This document shows positions 60,401-64,000 of a DNA stretch of 64,000 bases, piece by piece. The stretch comes from Orbicella franksi (taxonomy: Eukaryota), in the NCBI GenBank assembly GCA_964199315.1, contig OZ116706.1, positions 15,252,001-15,316,000 on the forward strand, read 5' to 3'. Under the pieces are notes generated by a model. That model was given only the letters and a program-made list of their open reading frames with translations, did no database searches and had not been told where the DNA came from. Position numbers and translations under genes: made by a program. Every line of letters begins with the position of its first letter. Within the stretch, counting starts at the first letter, position 1.

Positions 60401-63330
60401 GAACTGACTTGTCCGGTTGACAATTCAATGTAAAAATACTGATCACTGACGACGACCGGCTGACTACATCGACTGATGGTCTCACGTACGTGTTGTTTCA
60501 GCGAGTGGATGTCGGACTACATCTGCTGTGGCAGATATCTCGCCCAGACGTGGCTTTGGACAGCGATAAATTCTTGAAATATTAGGAAGTGATACTTTGT
60601 TTAGACAACCGTGTTACTATTGACGTACTGGCCCGTGGTTTAATGCTTGATAGCATTACAAGATGAAAAGAATTACTCTCCTTGGTAATAGCCACATCTT
60701 TCTTTTGACCCTAGTTTTGAGAGTCTGGAAAAGGATCAAAAGACAAGCTCCATGTTGATGATTTTCTAAAATCTCTTCACCTGTCCCTGGGACAATGTGT
60801 AGATCTTAAAAGGAGAATTTAAATGTCGACCACCCTTAAAAGTATTAAGCTATAGATTGATTGTCCGAAGATGTTGACACGGCTGGCTTAGTTTTTCGGT
60901 TATTTTTGATGTTTTCACCGTCACAAATACCTTTTTTATGCTTCTTAATAGGGACTTTTCCGCAACATATGATATCTGAAATAATCATTAAAGTAAACAA
61001 AGTATGAATAAGAAATAAGTAATAAATAACGAAGTGTTTAAACAGGTAAGAAACTGTTAAACAAATGTGCGTTAAAATTTGCTAATCCGTCGAGAATAAA
61101 GTGCGAATATTGTCTCTATATTAACGCGACTGAGAAGTTACGCAAAGGATTTGCGATTAGTCGGAAAATGGTATTTCAGCTGAGTAAATAATGCTATCTT
61201 ACAGGCGAGTTGCTCGTTGCAGCGAGAATTAGGGACATTCCGACAAATTATACTCAAAAGCAAAACAGGAGCAGGAACGTCAACAAATTTAGCAAATGAG
61301 ACGTTAAACAAACTCTGAATGTAGCTGAACTTTGTGACAGGTGCTCGACATTTCCTTCATAGTCAGTAGTCTAAAGACAGCTCGTATAAATTACGAGAAA
61401 CGTTTAGCATGTGACCAGCGACCACTCCTGTACACAACTCAAAGTATTCCGTATATCGGATTGAAACTAATGTTATTCATCGTGGAAACCTTTTTGGAAT
61501 TTCTTATCCCTAAGTACTGTTAAAAGCTTTCGTTGCCGCCAAGGGATTATCATCGTGAGAACGTAACACTTGTTGGCCTTCTGTTAATTCTATTAGCCTA
61601 ATTCCCTCCCGATTCAGTGTCGTTCTCAGAACTAAATACGTTTATAATTATGTATTTTTTTTAAAATTTACTTTTGAAAATCTTTTTTTTTTAGTAATTA
61701 CTCAGCCATGAACTTTTGTTTGACTACTAGCCAGGCGTAGAAAATTGGTGTTTACATCACATCCGTGAAAAGAGGCGACTTACGGAGAGAAAAAATAGCA
61801 AGTACAGCCCACGACAGTTGAAGAAAATCAACGCAGGATTTTAATTGGTGTAAAAAAACACGTCTTCCGCATAGCTACGCGTAAAGGCTTTTTTTTTGCC
61901 CCAAGGCAAAGTATGCGTGGGTGTCCGAGTTACGACACAGGAGCGGGGCATATTATGCCCTCTTCAGTGTGACACGCCGACATTTATCTGCTCAGCCAAT
62001 CAGAGCATTTGTAACCAGAAGCTACTTTTAAATTCCAAGTGACGTTTGCTTGCCTCACTCCATGGTATGGCGATAAGAACTTCTCCAGACAGGAAAAAAT
62101 ACTAGTTTCCTAGCTTTTAATTCGTTTCAGGAAATTTTTAATCCCTTCTTGTTAGTGTCTGATTAAGGTCGTAATTGTATTGGGCGTCTGTGTTATTTTT
62201 GTAGAAAAAAATAGAACAGATTGTTTTTCTAGTTACTGCAGGTTATCACGTACGACTGCGTTCGCAAAGATTCCCATGATTGCAACTTTTCTGAGACATG
62301 TTACGCAAGAGGTTTCGCGCCAGATTTGGGAACACTCGGCTGTTAGGTCAAACGCTGCATGTCGACTCTTTGGGTATTTCGAAGAGTTGTTTCTATAGTT
62401 ATTCCGAAAATAACTCAGCTCAACTTTAGCAAGATTGATAGATTTCATGATAGAGTAATATTTTTGTCTGGGAACGCCTGAACAGTGATCGGCTTTTTCA
62501 GAGTGGGGTATAAATACAATACATTAAGCTCTTGAAATGTGAAATGATATTCTCTTTATTTAAAGAGATTTGCCTTATCCCTGATCAAAGTACAGATGAT
62601 TTAAATAAGCGCCCTCCTTCCAATAAGCGCCTCGTCTATGACGTCAAAAATATAGTGCAGGCTTCAGGGATTAAAGACAAGCACTTACTGGCCCCATGTT
62701 TGCTTTGTCCCAGGGCTCAACGATTGAGAACCAGCATTTTGGAGCTCTAAGAAGAGATAGCTTGGGTTCGAGATTTCGAGAGCTAAACAGTGTTTAGACG
62801 TATAGACTGTAGACTTCGTAAATAGGACTGCAGCAAATGCAGTCAGTAGCTGGCAGTGTGATCATGACTATCAGGGGCGAGTCCAGAAAATTCAGGTAGA
62901 GGCCAGGAGGTCGAAACAATTGCGACAGAGAAACAGCAACTTTATTCACTCGCACATTTACAGTTTTTTAAAAATATATACTAAATTAAAGAACATAAAA
63001 ATGTACAATTTGAGTCTGGAGAATGAGGTAACCCGAACGTTTTCTAGTCAGTCTCTAGTTATTGTAATGTTTCCATAAGAGAATGCAGAACTTAAGATGT
63101 GTACATAGTATAATAGAATGGAGAAAATCAAAACAAGTTTTCAGAATGGCCAGAATGTTGTTCAGACAGTAAATAAAATTTCAGTTGTTTAAAGAAGTTG
63201 AAGGCATTGAGATCTTTAAGGTTGCTGGGGATATTGTCCCAGAGAATAGTCGCTGTGTAAGCTATTGTTTGTTTTCCTGAATTGGCACGCACTTTTGATA
63301 TGTATAGATTTTGTTTGGATGCATATCTGG

Positions 63331-63649
63331 TATTTTATACCATGCCATAGAAAAATACAGCCAATCAGAATACATGAAAGCCATTGTATTACATCCAACC
63401 TTCCCATCATGCGCCGCGACGGTATGTCGTATTGATTGTGTTGACCAATGTTGACCACATTTTCTTTGACATGGTATAAAATAGTTGTGGAACGCTCTTT
63501 CGTGATGTACCACGGAATATCCCACTTGTTAGCTGAATTTTCAGTCTTGGTATACCCACTTGCCTAAAGGTTTGTGTGTATACGGAGAAAATTCAAATGA
63601 CTCGTGGGATATTCAAAGGTATACCACTAGAAAAGCGTTCCATTACTAG
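63331..63649. mobile_element. Double-hairpin non-autonomous element
   Basis: IR1 arms 63331-63354 / 63460-63483 (22/24 match); IR2 imperfect arms of about 80 bp, 63482-63564 / 63569-63649. Confidence 0.65.
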
Positions 63650-64000
63650 AGTGTATCCGTGTACTGAAGAAATTGGGAAGAATGCGGAGCGGCAATACCT
63701 CAGAACTCCATCACCGTCTTTGTCATTTGCAGTTCTTTGCGCTGCTTCTGAACGACTGAATAAACCTAAGGCCTGAAAAAGGCTGGATCTGATCAGACAC
63801 GGTGATGTACAGCTTACAGACGGACAAACAAAACACTCGATATACAGCGGAAGATATCTGTCATTGCCAAAAGCAATTTGTTTTGAATAATTTAAGAACA
63901 ATTCCCCTACAAAACTCAATAACAGCCTGAGGAATAACAACTGGGGCGAAAACATCTACCAATATACAGATTCAAATGACGGAATTCTGTTTGAAAATGA

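Noticed and set aside
60220-60510. Minus-strand frame open for about 95 codons
   Set aside because: No ATG, no convincing acceptor, no recognisable motif
1-64000. Prokaryote-type systems (CRISPR arrays, operons, IS elements), intact tRNA/rRNA genes, RT or transposase ORFs
   Set aside because: None seen; the sequence is spliceosomal-intron eukaryotic DNA, and tRNA-like boxes occur only in SINE heads

Overview
Eukaryotic, intron-rich animal DNA. The repeat content and the presence of these genes suggest a cnidarian, probably a stony coral (inference). Most of the six-frame ORFs are spurious or exon fragments. I rebuilt two complete spliced genes by hand, both on the minus strand and arranged head-to-tail. 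(1) An ARHGAP6/ARHGAP36-family RhoGAP with 11 exons, 12098->2069, 905 aa, ending ETLV*. (2) A DLC1/STARD13/STARD8-family SAM-RhoGAP-START gene with 16 shared exons, 30336->20968, ending GPETKV*. Its last intron is GC-AG, and an array of candidate alternative first exons (about 31.7-50 kb) all fit the SAM exon in phase 1. The two genes share intron positions, consistent with an ancient tandem duplication. The rest is intronic or intergenic sequence with tRNA-derived SINEs, several MITE families, minisatellites, hairpin elements and promoter-like cassettes (CRE, CCAAT, TATA, E2F). I found no recognisable gene at about 51-64 kb, and no rRNA, intact tRNA, CRISPR array or autonomous transposon.
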